Positions 12,701 through 26,600 of a stretch of DNA of 64,000 bases are shown here, piece by piece. Each line of letters opens with the position of its first letter. Position 1 is the first letter of the stretch. The stretch comes from Catajapyx aquilonaris. Its lineage: Eukaryota. The notes below the pieces were generated by a model that made no database searches, was not told the DNA's origin, and saw only the letters and a program-made list of their open reading frames with translations. A program made the position numbers and the translations under genes. The stretch lies in the NCBI GenBank assembly GCA_000934665.2, contig KZ538126.1, positions 1-64,000 of the forward strand, written 5' to 3'.

Positions 12701-15700
12701 AAAAAACGGGGGTTGACAAGGACTCGTTATTTCGAGACTTATGCACTCCCTCGTTTCTTCTCCCAAAAAACCACGGTTAACTTTCATCCCAAAAGTTTAA
12801 CCCGTCGGCAACTTTTTTCACGCTCGAAATCGATTGGATTCCCTAGCTGCCGTCCCACACATCCATCACTAGTGGCCAAAAAAAATAGTTATAAAAAGTA
12901 CATTTCGGCAACCTTCCATCCAATTTACCGGTGTGAAAGTCCGTGACCCCAAGTCCACGCCCATAAGTAGAAGTGACTAACAAGGGTGGGGGAATAAGCC
13001 AAAAGTGAAGCCAGGACCTACTGTCAGCAGCACAACACAAGTGCAGTAGTAGCCTAGATTCTTCACAAGGGTGTGATGTCATTCCTGTTCATTCAAGAAT
13101 ACAAAAGGCGCGGGCGGAGGGAGTGAAAAAAAACGAAGATGAAACAATGGCTTCCCACACCCTGTTAGTAAAAGTGTCCTCTTGCGAATAGGGAACGCTC
13201 ATTGTCGCAAAGGGGTTGTCTGGCGACCTTAGTTACATGGGCGTCACTTCAGACGGCGCCACTTTCCTCCGATAGCCATATGTAGGTAATCTATTTATCT
13301 ATGGGCAGCCTAACAGGCAAATGCTTACTATGCAAGGTAACGCTCAACTGTGATCAATGAAATGCGTCAAGCAGGCTTCGTTAAAAACGTGACAAGGTGA
13401 CAAGTTCTCATTCTTATTAATCTTACTCGTAACCCTTATAAATAAAATGCGACAGATAATTACGCCTAATATTAGAAGCATCGTGTTGATAATTGCAAGA
13501 CGTAAAAGGATCATTGACCTCGATTGGAAATTCTAATATTAACATTCATATTTATTTAAGTTGATTGCCCTTTTGTTGAATAAATCCATATACCGTATTA
13601 AATTCGCATAGATGTGTTTTGGCATTTTCGTTAGGTATTTTTGGACAAAATAGTGCCTTAATTTTCTGATCGATAGTCCTGGAGTGAGGCATACAACATG
13701 AAATAAATACATAGTCTACATACCGGTAACAATAATTATCCGTACAAAATATAAATGAAATTCTGTTTCAATAAACACGTTCACTCATTATACAACTCTC
13801 ATAATTGCAATCAACAGTATACTGATGAAATCAGTTGAAACTACATCTTGCCCACTGTTAGGTGCCGGATCACTCTGTGCTCAAATACTTAGGCGTTTCT
13901 GGAATATTGTCTGTCAGCTGTGCACTAGTGTATACGAGCCTATTACGCGTGGCCCCCAATATCACGCTGTGTATCTCCCCCTTCGATCTGATTGTGGAAC
14001 TAACCCAAACAACACCCTGGGCGTAGATGTGCACGTGCCCATCCCCCTACCCTTGCAACCAACAGTTTACACGACGGGGTATCTTGAAGGTAGAAAAGGG
14101 GTGGCATAGAAAAAGGCATTTTTTTTTGTCTTAACTGTTGAAAAAAACGGGCCTAGCAGCACATATTTCCCTGAAAATTGGGAGATAGACGGCGACCACC
14201 CCTGTGCCCCTTAGCGCCTGTGGATCTTCAACTGACCGCATTGACCCCGAGGAAAATTTATCACTGGAAAGAGTCAAGCAACGCCTTTTTCCAATTTTCT
14301 TGAAGAGAGTTTACCCTTTAAGAAAATATATAAAAAGGCAGGAGATAAAGACATTTGGAAGGCAAGTGTCGCTCCTTTGCCCTCCCTTTGCCAAATGACC
14401 TTCTGGGATTGGGCCAAACACACACGTCTGCCGTCTACACAAACGGTTCTATATAGTGACGTGTCTGTTGTGTGTCTGGACCGCCTAGAGCCACGGATCT
14501 ATTCGCGTTCTTCGGACTCTCCAGTTATTTCTCTTTCCCCCAACGGACAGGAAGTCTAAACACCCGGCGAAAAATGCAAATGACCACATATAGGTCAAGG
14601 GATCATGTCAAGTTACCATTTCCTGCCGGATAGTGTAAGACCTTGTGTACAAGCCGAGTCACACTAATAAGGAAGGGATTATCGGTTCAGGCTCCAATAA
14701 TTAGCATTTGACAGTTTTTTTTTTTGCTCATTAGTTATTACCATTTTTGTACGAGGAAGTTGGATAAGACCGCGTCCTACTTAATTATGAAATTTGAGTG
14801 TTCGATGTCCATTGACAGGACAGTTTATTAGTTTGTCACTTATGTTTAATTCTCAATAAAAATGCACTTTTAAATAAATGTGGCACATTTCGCACATTTA
14901 TGTGTCATTTTAAAGTATTATCTGATGCGTAAACATGATGACATAATTGAGGGAAAAGTGCGTGTTCGGACTTTCCCCATCATGGACGGTCTTACCCAAC
15001 TTTCCGTCAAAAATATTATCAGGAAATTGAAACTTCTAAAATCCATGTTTTGTCCAGCAGATGAGAGATGATTTGCATGCCAAGGCCACAAATCTCCTTC
15101 AGATGGCACAAATTGGCACGTCAGGAGTGGCGCGTGCCCTTCCTCCTTCATCTCCTCATCTCAAACCCAGAATCTCGATGCTCCAGTGACCCCATTTGCT
15201 CCATTGCCAATATTATCTATTCTCCTCTTGACCTTCGAGAACTTTGAGAAAAAAACTTAGCTCCCAATCCGCTCTATCATTTCACACAGATTTATTCCTG
15301 CGATTTTTACCCCGGCCAAAGGGTAGTATTTTTAAACTCGAAATTTCGCGTGCTATCGTCTAGTCAACTATCAACTGCTCGTTACTATTCCTTTTTTTTA
15401 AAAGTAACTCCGCCCTGGTTACCTTGAACCGACCCATCTTTTCTCCACCAAACCTGACCACACTGTCGGCTTCTCTCTCACGTGATAAATGAACCCGTAA
15501 TGCTGTAACTTGAGAAACCGCACCAAGGACAAAAAAAAAGAGAGATGAGCTGGGTTAAATTTATACTCGCTTTCTGGCCAATGGCCACTCCGAAAGAATA
15601 GCGTTTGGGGTTCGGCTGGTAACGGACCGTTAGAAACGCACAAAGGAAACTCCATGCACCATTCTCTTCCTCTACCTTTGATGACTGGAGCCGGCGTGTG

Positions 15701-18700
15701 GCAAAGTGTAAGAGAGTGGCTAATAAGTAGGTGTCCCCTGGACATTTGCCCGTGAGAAGAAGAAGAAGAAATGATGCTGATGAGGGAATAACACTTGCAG
15801 AGTGAGATAAGGCTTCCATAGAATCTAATTGACATTGAACTCTTGGTGGGTCACTAATTACTTGGTGACGATAAGTGAACCACAATTTTTGCCCAGACAA
15901 GGTCATAGCCAGAACATGCCATGAAGTTGATAACTTTGATCAGTGTGATTTTGTCGGATTTTGTAGTTCGATCAGGTTTGAAAAATGTGGCGTGTGAAGT
16001 CGATGTGAAAATTATTGGCAGAAAAATGTAAGAAAGTATTTTGTGTACATTGACATTTTTATGACATATTTCAGTTATATCATCAGTATTTTTTTGTCCA
16101 ATTATTTTGCACTCCACCCCACACAAGAAAATTCACGTAACCGAGCAAGTAACAGACGCACGTGGAAACGTTGAAGAATTACGTATTTTTATGGCTTGAT
16201 ATGGTAGTAATTTCGGCATACAAATCTGTAACGATTTCCGGGAAAATCTGTTTCACTTATTTAAAAAGGCTCATTATCCTCCCAAAAAATCAGTCCTTGA
16301 CACATTTCTAGATTTGAAATTTCCCTGTAACCATTTTTGGTCTCGAAAATAACCATTGTCCAGTGCACTGAAGTACAAGTAAAACTTGTCGATCCAGAAC
16401 GGTGTCCTTATGGCACGGAGTCAAGAAACAGCCAGAGTCTTACTCCGGCTGTTTACAGTGCTTAGAACCAGAATAACTGTTCTCGTAAAAGGGTGCATGG
16501 TGGTGACTATTTGGCTATAAATAGGGCAGTTGAAGAGTGACAGTTTTTGCCGTGGGAAAGTCCGCTGTCTGCTGGCATTTATTGACACTTTGTCAAATTG
16601 GGAGACGAAAGGCCGAAATGGGCCTACTAAACTATCCCATATAATGGGCTAATGGCGACGTATATTGACCATGGTCACTCTGGAGGGGAAAAAACCGACA
16701 ATTTTTTTGGGTCTGAAGTGGTGCATCACCCTGTACTACAAACCACAACAGTGCACACACTTTGTTTCCAAGAATGTCTTCATTACGATAGCTAAAGGTC
16801 TACATTATCTAGCAAGTGACGTTATAATTATACCTATTCTTATAGGAAAGAAATGAGCGGATGCCGCTGCCTAATCGGCTAATTACATGTCAAGTAATAA
16901 AGCTTATATGACTGTGTGCTGTCTTCATGCTTTTTTATACTCACCCTAGCAACTCATCGGATTCGTTGAAAGGTACGGCATGTCTGACATGAATGGAAGA
17001 ACGAGGTGGTTATATCAGGCTGCTCAATTTAATCTTCCGCAGCGTCCGTTTTAGTGGTCGTTTAAGACCTTCTCTGAATTGAGCAGACAAGTCGCATAAT
17101 GGGCAATAAATAATTCTCTGCGGATTAGGTTTACGACAGTGAATTGGGGAGTCAGAAGGACTGGGGACCTCGTGGTGTATAAAACTTCCAACAATGTGCA
17201 ATCTATTTTATTTTATTTTTTAAACTGGCAAGGGCAAGTGGCGACATCTTAAACGCGGTGGGAAAAGGTTTCGTTTTAAACCACTGCGTTAAGTTAAAAA
17301 AAATGTTTCGATACACAAACCTTACGTTTGTCAACTGAACGGGACATTTTGGGATCAGAGATGGAGAACTGCCGGTAACGTTATTTTTATATTCGGTTTA
17401 TTTACTTTTTTGTCTTTCTCCAGAGTCGCTTTAGGCGCGTGTTGTACACATCAGAGCGGCAGAGAATGAATGAGATGAATGGCTTCTCCGGAGAGTTTCC
17501 ACTGCTAACACACGTGAACTTCGTATAGACATGTGCAAGGTAACAGATGAGGTTAAGGAACTCATCTCTTTCCCACCTTTAACTTATGTCATCACCCACG
17601 TGGATTCCATTTTCAGGGGCACGCAGACAGGCAGGCAGGCAACAACAAAAAATGAAAATAAAAATGATGCAGCATTTGTCGGTGTTTAAGTTTCCGAGCT
17701 GTTATGGCAAAGCTATCATTAGCCTAGTTATGAAACGAAAAAGTTTTGCCACGTGCATCACGAATTTCCGATTTGCATGCTTGTTTTGCTTTCCCCATGC
17801 TTCTTTCAAGCTAACCCATCATTGGCTGAGAGGTCGCTCTAATTCACTTAGCTCAACTCGAAGCATCTGAGAATGCGCGAAAAAAGGGCCATTCAGCTCA
17901 GGTTCAGCCTCAGGGTTCCAAAAGATGATTTAGAAACACTAGTAAATAATGGCTTATGAATATATTCCGGTATAAGTAATCCCGTGCTGATAATACTCAT
18001 TTACAACTCGTAGGTGCAAGTGAAAGTACTCGCCAGTAAATAATGCTCTAATACTTTAATGAAAAGCAATAACTTGAAGGCTTTCAGTAATGTGTATGGA
18101 AGATAATTATTACTCTCCTCTTCCCAAAGATCCTACACATAATGAAAAGGAGGGATGAGCAAATGCGCCCCCTTTTCTGCTCTAATAATCTTCAAAAGGA
18201 AAAGGGACCCCTCCTCCACTTTCAACTGGGTGAATTAAAGTTCTATAAATAATCCTTCGCGGCGTTTAATTCCAGCAGTCATGCCAGCGATATAAATCAT
18301 CCTCCTAGACTTATTAATAGGTATGTGTCGCACTTCCAGCATACCATTAATATGGATCACGAAGCAGCCAAAAAAACATTCCTCATTTTTGGATTTCTTC
18401 GACCTTGAAAATATTCAGATATTATTAGAAATTCAGTAATGTAAATTCGATTCAATAATATTGAAATATTTTCGTCTGTTTCGCTCTCACATGGTGTGAT
18501 AATTAATTTACATGTTTTTTGACCTCCCCTAGATTTGCCACGATCGAGAGTAAGGAACCACGAAGAGCAATCTGATGAGGTTCCTCCGTCGCATCCGCGC
18601 TCGACCGATAGCAATTCGGCGGAGAGGAGATTACAGTACGTGTACCCACTCAAGTTGCATCCGTCCGAAGTGAACACCGAAGAGGAACTGAACGAGATCC

Positions 18701-20581
18701 TCAGGGACGGACACAAGGTCAGGCACCACGACTCGGGTCACTTCAGGGGTCGGACTGCCCCTGTCTGGGACCCACATCCACAGTACCAGTTCTGGGCATT
18801 CGGACGACAGTTCCGGCTGGTCCTGGCCCTTGACACCACCTTCGTGTCTCCGGAACTCCGGGTGCAGCATGTCCAGGACAACTTTACCTGGCTGGCACAT
18901 CCGGACCTGGCACCTGGAGGATGCTTCTACACGGGTCACTTGGCCAGGGACCCCAATTCGACAGTTGCTGTCAGCCTTTGCCATGGCATGGTAAGTCGAA
19001 CTTTCCTCTTTTTAAATAAAATTCACCTGCATACCAACATTCTCACAATCATCTCATCATGAATATTCTATCGGTTTATCCTCGTGTCCACAATTTTAAA
19101 GAACTGTGCGTCTGACACTTCTTGTTATAAGCAAAGCACCGTCCTTGTCCTCGAGATAAGAACTCTCTGGGGAGGGGGGTGGGAAATCACGCGTGTTTGG
19201 AATACTTACTGGAGTCGGCCGTCAGAACACTATGAGAGATTCAATTGTGTGTTGACAGGGTTTTGTGCTTAGAAAAAGACCGCGACAGTCCAAGAGACCT
19301 ATCCTATTTGGTATGCAACCTGACAACCACTCGTCCCAGCGATACATATTTATCACGTGTGCTACACCCCCATGGGGGAACGCGGCTTTTATTTGTCTCT
19401 TCCTTTCCCACCACATACTCTGTACAAACAAGCATGACGTTGTTTACTTCTTATTGAATACATGCATACATATTGCAAATCATTGCTCCTGGCTAGTGCA
19501 GTCTATTTTCTTTAAACTGACAAGTGAGCAAAAAGTCAATGCAGCAAATAATTCGGTTAATCAAAAGGAAGACGTAAAGTTGGTCGTTAGCGAAACCGCA
19601 CTTAATTGGTGTAGACGATAAATAGGAATTTACGACCGGAGCGACGACGCCAAGTTAACAGCAAACTTAATTTGGACACCCTTCAGACGATGACACCATG
19701 TTTATAAACATTCTTGGGGGCAACCGTCTCGAACCGGGCTCAAAATATCAATATAAATCGATGGATATGCCCCCGCAAGTTCATCGACCACATGACATGC
19801 CTAGACGTCCTCTAGTTACGTGAGCGGGCATGCCACATTTCGAATTAACCATTTTTTTCTAAATAAAAAAGAGCTTAAAATTTATTCACGAAAACGCAGC
19901 AGTCAAATTTTAGCAAACAGGGCCCCCATAATTTATTTTCCTACAAAAAGTGGTTGTCACGACTTGTGTGCACGCCATGACATCACCTATGAAGTGACAT
20001 CATCGCGTTGGTTATAATAAAGACATTTTCGCGTATCTTTTTGGCGAGAAACGGAAGCAAAAGCGGCACTCCTTGACCATCATTCGGTGTATAACGGGTC
20101 TGACCTTTCCCTCGAGGTTTGTCCTTGCCGGTGGCCTATGGGCATCGGTTGTATAGTGCCAGCACTGACTCCGCATAAATCTTGCAGGTTCGCGACTTCC
20201 TTTGCCTACGTTATGTATGCATATGAGGGGAGCAATGGGGAAAGTATCGGCTCATTACTTATCCATCGCGACATTTATCATGTCGTGTTCGGTTTGTCGC
20301 AAGGCATGTGCTTGGAAACAATAAGACCTGTCGCATACGTAGCTCGGAATGCTAATGACCTTTTTGCATTACTTTGCATAAAATTAGCGCTTCGTACAAA
20401 TACGAAGTGATCCTGCCAAACTGCTTAAAAAAGTGGATGTAACGGACAATAACTTAAGAATTCGACAGTGAATATATTATACGTACTGTACAATGTTTGC
20501 AATGCACAAGACTGGCTGTGAAGTTGGCACTGTCATATATCAACCGTTAACATTTCTGCATGTTATTTCATCGCACTAACT

Positions 20582-20644
<63 letters not shown>

Positions 20645-23600
20645 TATTGCTTATTAGTTATTACATGAGAGTGCATGTAATGCATTCAATTTTGTTTTTA
20701 TCACTTGGAGACTATACACTATCAGCTGATTCATCACTCGGTATATGTCTACCCCTTTCGCAGAAAAAAATGTGCAGATAATATTCAAATGAAGGTAACA
20801 GAGTTTGCAACAACAACAAAACTTACATTCGGAATGAATCTCAATAGCCTGGCATGTAAACTGACTCATAAATAACCGGGAGCTGCAGCGATAACGTTGT
20901 TGTGCACGAAATTTCAAAGCCAATATTATCTGCCGAAATTGGAAGGCGTTAAATAAGCCGCTAATTCGCGATAACATTTTTATTACCCTATTCACCTTCA
21001 TTTTTTCGCAATATTGCGAAACCATATTACAATAATGATTCTATGCATATATAGCCATAAATTGCGTTCGACAGCTGCAAAACACATGCTGTTTTCCTGT
21101 TTTTGAGACAAAATTATGTCACTGTTATCCTTTTGTCCCTGATCGCATGAACATGCAGAGGTCATCCGCCATATTAGTCAACAAGAAGTCTGAAATGTAT
21201 AGAGGTGTGAAATGTCGAGAAACTAATCAGTAGACTATACGATTATGTTCCAGGAGGCCGCAGGGTTACTGGTTGGTTTATTATCGACACTTCTCTGCTG
21301 CATTTTAGACTTGGTTAGAAGCAACTGGAAGTTCTGACCCACCCTGCACCCTTTGCATCCGCACCACGAAAAAACAAGGCACGCCGGACAACAATCGCGC
21401 AGTTCAGCGACCCTGCGTATGTCAATGAATTACACATCACGTAGCCCGCAGCCGAGAAAATCTTAATCGCAAACACGGAAGCGAAAGAGAGTCTAGGCGT
21501 CAGCTCCAAGAGAGAAAAGAGCATTGGCTGGTGTTGTTGGGTGTGGGCCTGGCTATTTGTTTTTGTCTGCTGGGGTCACTCCAGTTTCTCTGGGTCCAAA
21601 TTTGCCGACGAATGACCAAGGTCAGAAACCCGAGTAGCCGCCAGTCACCTTTTCAGAGCGCGACCTTCTTCGTTGAATCAATCGGCTCTTCGTCTTCATT
21701 CTCGAACTGACCTTGGATGTTTCTTATAGCGGAATAACGAAACACAGTGAAAACGGACATCTACCCACTCGGGCCAATTCGGCTTTATAGTCAAGGACCC
21801 CATCCAGAATCGAGGTCACTGTGCTTGACCAAAAAGTGGATCCAGGGCCACACATCTGCATATACAAGGTGATTCGATAGAAAACATGTGCATCTTCACA
21901 ATTTTGGCAACAACTCACTTCCTATACTATACTTGTATATCTGCCGGGCCATTTCCGCACTTAAAATACCGGGTTGGTTTTTTGCAAAAAAAAAAAACTA
22001 TGTTGCCAGCTAGCATTTTTCACATTTTGTCTCCCGTCACGCCCGTGCCAAAATAGAAAACCCCCAACTTGTAAGAACAAAAAGGGTTGCAACCCTTCTT
22101 TTACACCTCGTTTGGCTTCGTTAGCTCAAGTAGGTTTTAATATATCGGAGGAAGTTTTTAACACGATGTCACCTATTTTTAGTAATACCGATCCCCCCCC
22201 CCCNAAAAAGGTTATCGGTAAACTGAATGTCGTCACCCGAACCGCGGAAAAGATCAAGGTTTTTTTTGGAAGAAAAAGGGCACCGGTATCACCCATACCC
22301 TGCACCGCCTTTCTTATGCCACGAACTTCCTACAATGCCCGCAATGACCTTAACGATTTATTTACGAGAAGGCGCGTCCCACCACTGCTTTCTCACATTC
22401 TCTCCACACCTATTTTTGGGGGTTGTAACCGGCGAAAGGTACAGTTTGCTACAAATGTTTCAGCTGGCACTAATTGATCATTACTTGCCATATTTTTTTT
22501 CTCTCTCTAAAAATGTGTAGTCACCTTGTGGCGGTACCTTTTAATTCGCCGAATGACGTGCTTCCCACTTTTGGTATGAGTCACTACCAAACTCACTCCT
22601 GAACTTTGCGGAACCGGGTAATTGGCACCGAGAGTACACGATGATAGGAGTCACGCCTCGCACCTTAAAATCGCAAAACTGATGAAAGTGTCTGGCCAAA
22701 TATAGGGACCCCCGTCCTGACAGATCTACATTGAAGATGACCCTGAAATGGCCACCTTCGCTTTTCTTTATTCCGCAACCTGTCAAGGTTTCAAGTCCTG
22801 TAAAAGGAAGTAGCTCCAAACGTGCGACTCTTCCACTGGAATTGCATTGTTGCATGAAGATATGGCCATTAGTGTGTGTAGGTGGAAATCAAGGGAGTTC
22901 CTGTGTATGTGCCTCACATTGCAATGAGATGTTGGCACAGAAACACCGTGCTTACATACACAATGATAGTCGCGCTCTTAAATAATTTTAGGTCCAATTT
23001 AAGTCGCGGGAAGCTGGAAATGATTAACGTTAATATTACCGGAGGCTGTTGAAGCATCTGACAAAACACTCGGGATCCAACTCATGGCGATATTTTCAAG
23101 TCGAGTGACAGTCGGCGCACGCTTCTCTTAAGCCTACCCTCCCTGGCTATTGAGTGATTTGTGGCAGGCAACATTCTGCGAATACCCGTCGGCGCACGTC
23201 CTCACCCCAAAGGAAACGAGTTAAGAGACTACCGGGGGCTACCAACCACACCTAACTGCCTGTCCAAATGGATGAAATTCCTCGCGTCGACGACCGTGAA
23301 TTGCGAGTTAAATTCAAACCCGAGTCGAAAAACAGTGTCGCACGCACGACTCTTTATTGGAAATTAGGACAAGGGCCAGTCCTGCGAAGGATCGTCGATC
23401 TTAATCACTCCTTGTTGGTTTGGATCCTCTCCCGGAGTCTTACCTTGGTGGGTGTCGAGACACATGAAATTGGCATGCTTGAGGACTGGAGAGGTGAACA
23501 ACTTGGTTAAACAGGTGCCTGCCTGGTAGTATGCACTTTACTAGAGCGGAGAGCACGTTCTTCTCGGTACACACATACTCGGAGGATGCCAAGATGGTGT

Positions 23601-26600
23601 CACAAAAGGTAGAGGTGGACATGTTTTGCTCCAGGACACTGTCGGTATAGAGATAAAGTCAGAAACATCGCGGTCAATGCTTCACACGAACACAACAATA
23701 CTGTAGTGCGGTATGGAGCAAAAATTGTGTCGGCTTCTTGCATATTATTATCAATGTTGTCGACTATTTTGTGAAAAAAAAAATCAGATGTCAACAAGGG
23801 CCGATACGTTTGAAGTCTTGCTTGACGGTCAGGTTCAAGTATAACAGTCATTACTGTACTAGGATGTGTCGTCGGATCGCACAAAGGCCCGCTATCTCTT
23901 AATGGCCGATAAAAAGGAGCATCGTCCTTCGAGGCTCATGTAGCATATAAAACTCGTAATATATAATGAGATGTAGAAACTTGTTCTGGACGTATCGAGC
24001 TTTCAGGCACACTGCGACACTTCCGCCTTGAAAGGAAGACAACTTCCTGGTACCGGTGCTCTGTTCAACATCACTTTATACTCAATTGAATTGTGGCAAT
24101 GTGCCACAACCATGCATATAAAATTATATCTTACAACATACATATGGCGAATATATCATCCAACAGCCAATGCCTCCCACGTGCTTTGTGTCGGAGTGAT
24201 CTCTCCAGTTATCTAACGTGCGACCTGGTTTTTTCCAGCAATTTTTACTTGAATAATTTATAACATTTGCAGAACTTGGGGCCGATACCCAAACCAGAAT
24301 CGATAGGAACAACTTTTACGCAAATTGTGTCCCGCAGAAGAGCCTTCTCGGGTATTAGGTCGAACACGCGTGCTTCCATCGTGAGGTCAGTAGGTCTAAC
24401 TTCCCATTTTTCAAGCAGGAGTTTTTGAAAGCACCTGATATTAAAGAAAATTTACATCCAAGACAGGATCCGAAGGTACGTAATTAGGCTTCCAATTTGT
24501 TCCTTGATTACTAGGCATCCCCGCGTGTAATGAAGCTAATATGGAATAGCTTGAGGAGTAACATAGGAAAATATGTTGTGCCTTGGAGACTTTTCGCCAA
24601 TTAGTGTAACTGACTCATGACTGGCTAATGACACCAGCTGTAGACGGAGTGCCAACACTTCGTGCTGATTTTGGAATAACGTTAAGCCTCGGTTCATAAC
24701 ATGAGTCATCCCTGCTTTAAAAATAGTAATCGTCAAGGGTACTGACTCTTTGAGGACGACATGCATAGACAAGAGGCATAGTCATTAATAACATTAACCT
24801 TGCTTCTGGCTACCACGGTCATTAATTAACCTGCTGAGGGTCCCGCGCTATCCGAAAAATAAAACGTCCTCGCCCTATAGCTGCCTTTACGACTCTGACT
24901 CAACGCGTGTTTTTGGCAATGTTTATCAATCTCAAACACGTGTTGAAGTGTCATCTTCATTGTGCAGTGACTGGGACACACATGTAGATCACTGCTTCAA
25001 AATATGTCTTTCAAGTTCATTCGAAATTGTAAATGTAATTTTTAAAATTGTTCGCAAATTCTGGTTGCACATGGATGAACCACAGTATAGTTGATATTAC
25101 TACACAACGATGTGTCTTTACTGTATTATACCAATGAAACCAGAATTTAATGCACAAGATGCCGTTTTCTTCAAAATATATACAGTATAGTGAGCTATAA
25201 TATGATTAAATCAAAATATCATGGAAATTCCCCATGTATGCATTATTCAGTGTACAAGTGCAGGCCTTGAAGCTGGCAAGGCAATATTATCAGAGAGTGG
25301 TTTTTAAATGCTATAAGTTCTCGGACACCCGGAATAGATCACTGCACACCGTAAACCAAGACTAGTATCGTGAGGTAAAAATTACATCCGTCATCTTAAA
25401 AACCCAACAAGGTCCATTTGTAAATAATAAACCTCCATGTAAGGCACTGCACGTGGCGTGTGATTGCTCAGCGCATAAGTACTCAACGTGTCACGACTTC
25501 AGCGGCCGTAAATTATTGCACATTTCAGCATGAACATGTCACTCAGGCTCAGCAAATGCTGCAAGTGACCTTTTCAAATTACTAATTACTACAGCGATCA
25601 ACTAATCAATCTTGCTGTTTATTTCATACGTATTTTGTCGACAACTGAGACAGATAAATTAATGTTCTCTAACCAAATTGCTTATGATTGCTGATCCTAT
25701 CGTATTGCAGTGAATGGGAAAATAATTTGCGATTTATTTTATTAAATTTTTTTGACACCACATGCGACTTGCACGGCCGTCATCCATCATCGCCGGAAGA
25801 AATCCGTTTGTTGAACTTACGCCGACCCTACTCGCGCGTCTGCTCGTTTTACTACAGTACTCAAAAAGGATGGTAGTGAGTCAGCCCAGCACATTACTAT
25901 AGTCCTGTGAAATACTACCCGAGGAGGCGTACAAGGGCAAGGATGTCTATACGCGCACTTTTACTGTACACCATCCTGCACACACATGCATGTTCCAGTA
26001 TATTACAACCATTCCAACCCAGCAGCATGTACATAAAACCGTGACATGTGCAATAAGCTACTGAGACCGACGGTTTTTGGACGGAACCTCGGGGATAGAC
26101 TTTCGGTTGATGACCTTAGCATAAAGAGGAAGAACCCACGTGCAAGATGGTCATCGTGAAGCAGACATCGGCACGTTTCCAAGGCTTTTCTCGGGAGGCC
26201 CTTGACACGCTGCCCAGCAGGCAATGACAGGAAAGTGTGTCTGTGACTCAAGAGGTGCAGTCTAGTTATATACCCATCCTACTGACCTCCACTGTGATGA
26301 ATGACCACGAAGGCCTGCACCACTATGTTTCAAATGAACAGTAGGCCTTCTCGCACTAATTTTGACACTAATTTATGTACAGAATTTTTCTGAAAGAGGA
26401 ATCAACCTAATCAATTAGTTGTACAATATTTTAACTCGTGAAACAGTCGAGAACTATCAGCACGCCTTCTTTCATTTATATGGATTTTACCTCAATTCAA
26501 ATGACGTCGTCGCTAATAAAAATAATCAGGATGACTCATTTTTTCCCATTTTAATCTCACGAAGGACACGATTTTCATTAAACAAGTGGGCGTGATGCAT

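Noticed and set aside
23268..23510. 80-aa ATG ORF in a GC-richer patch of intron 2
   Set aside because: No recognisable family or supporting splice structure; could be a TE relic but cannot be supported without a search.
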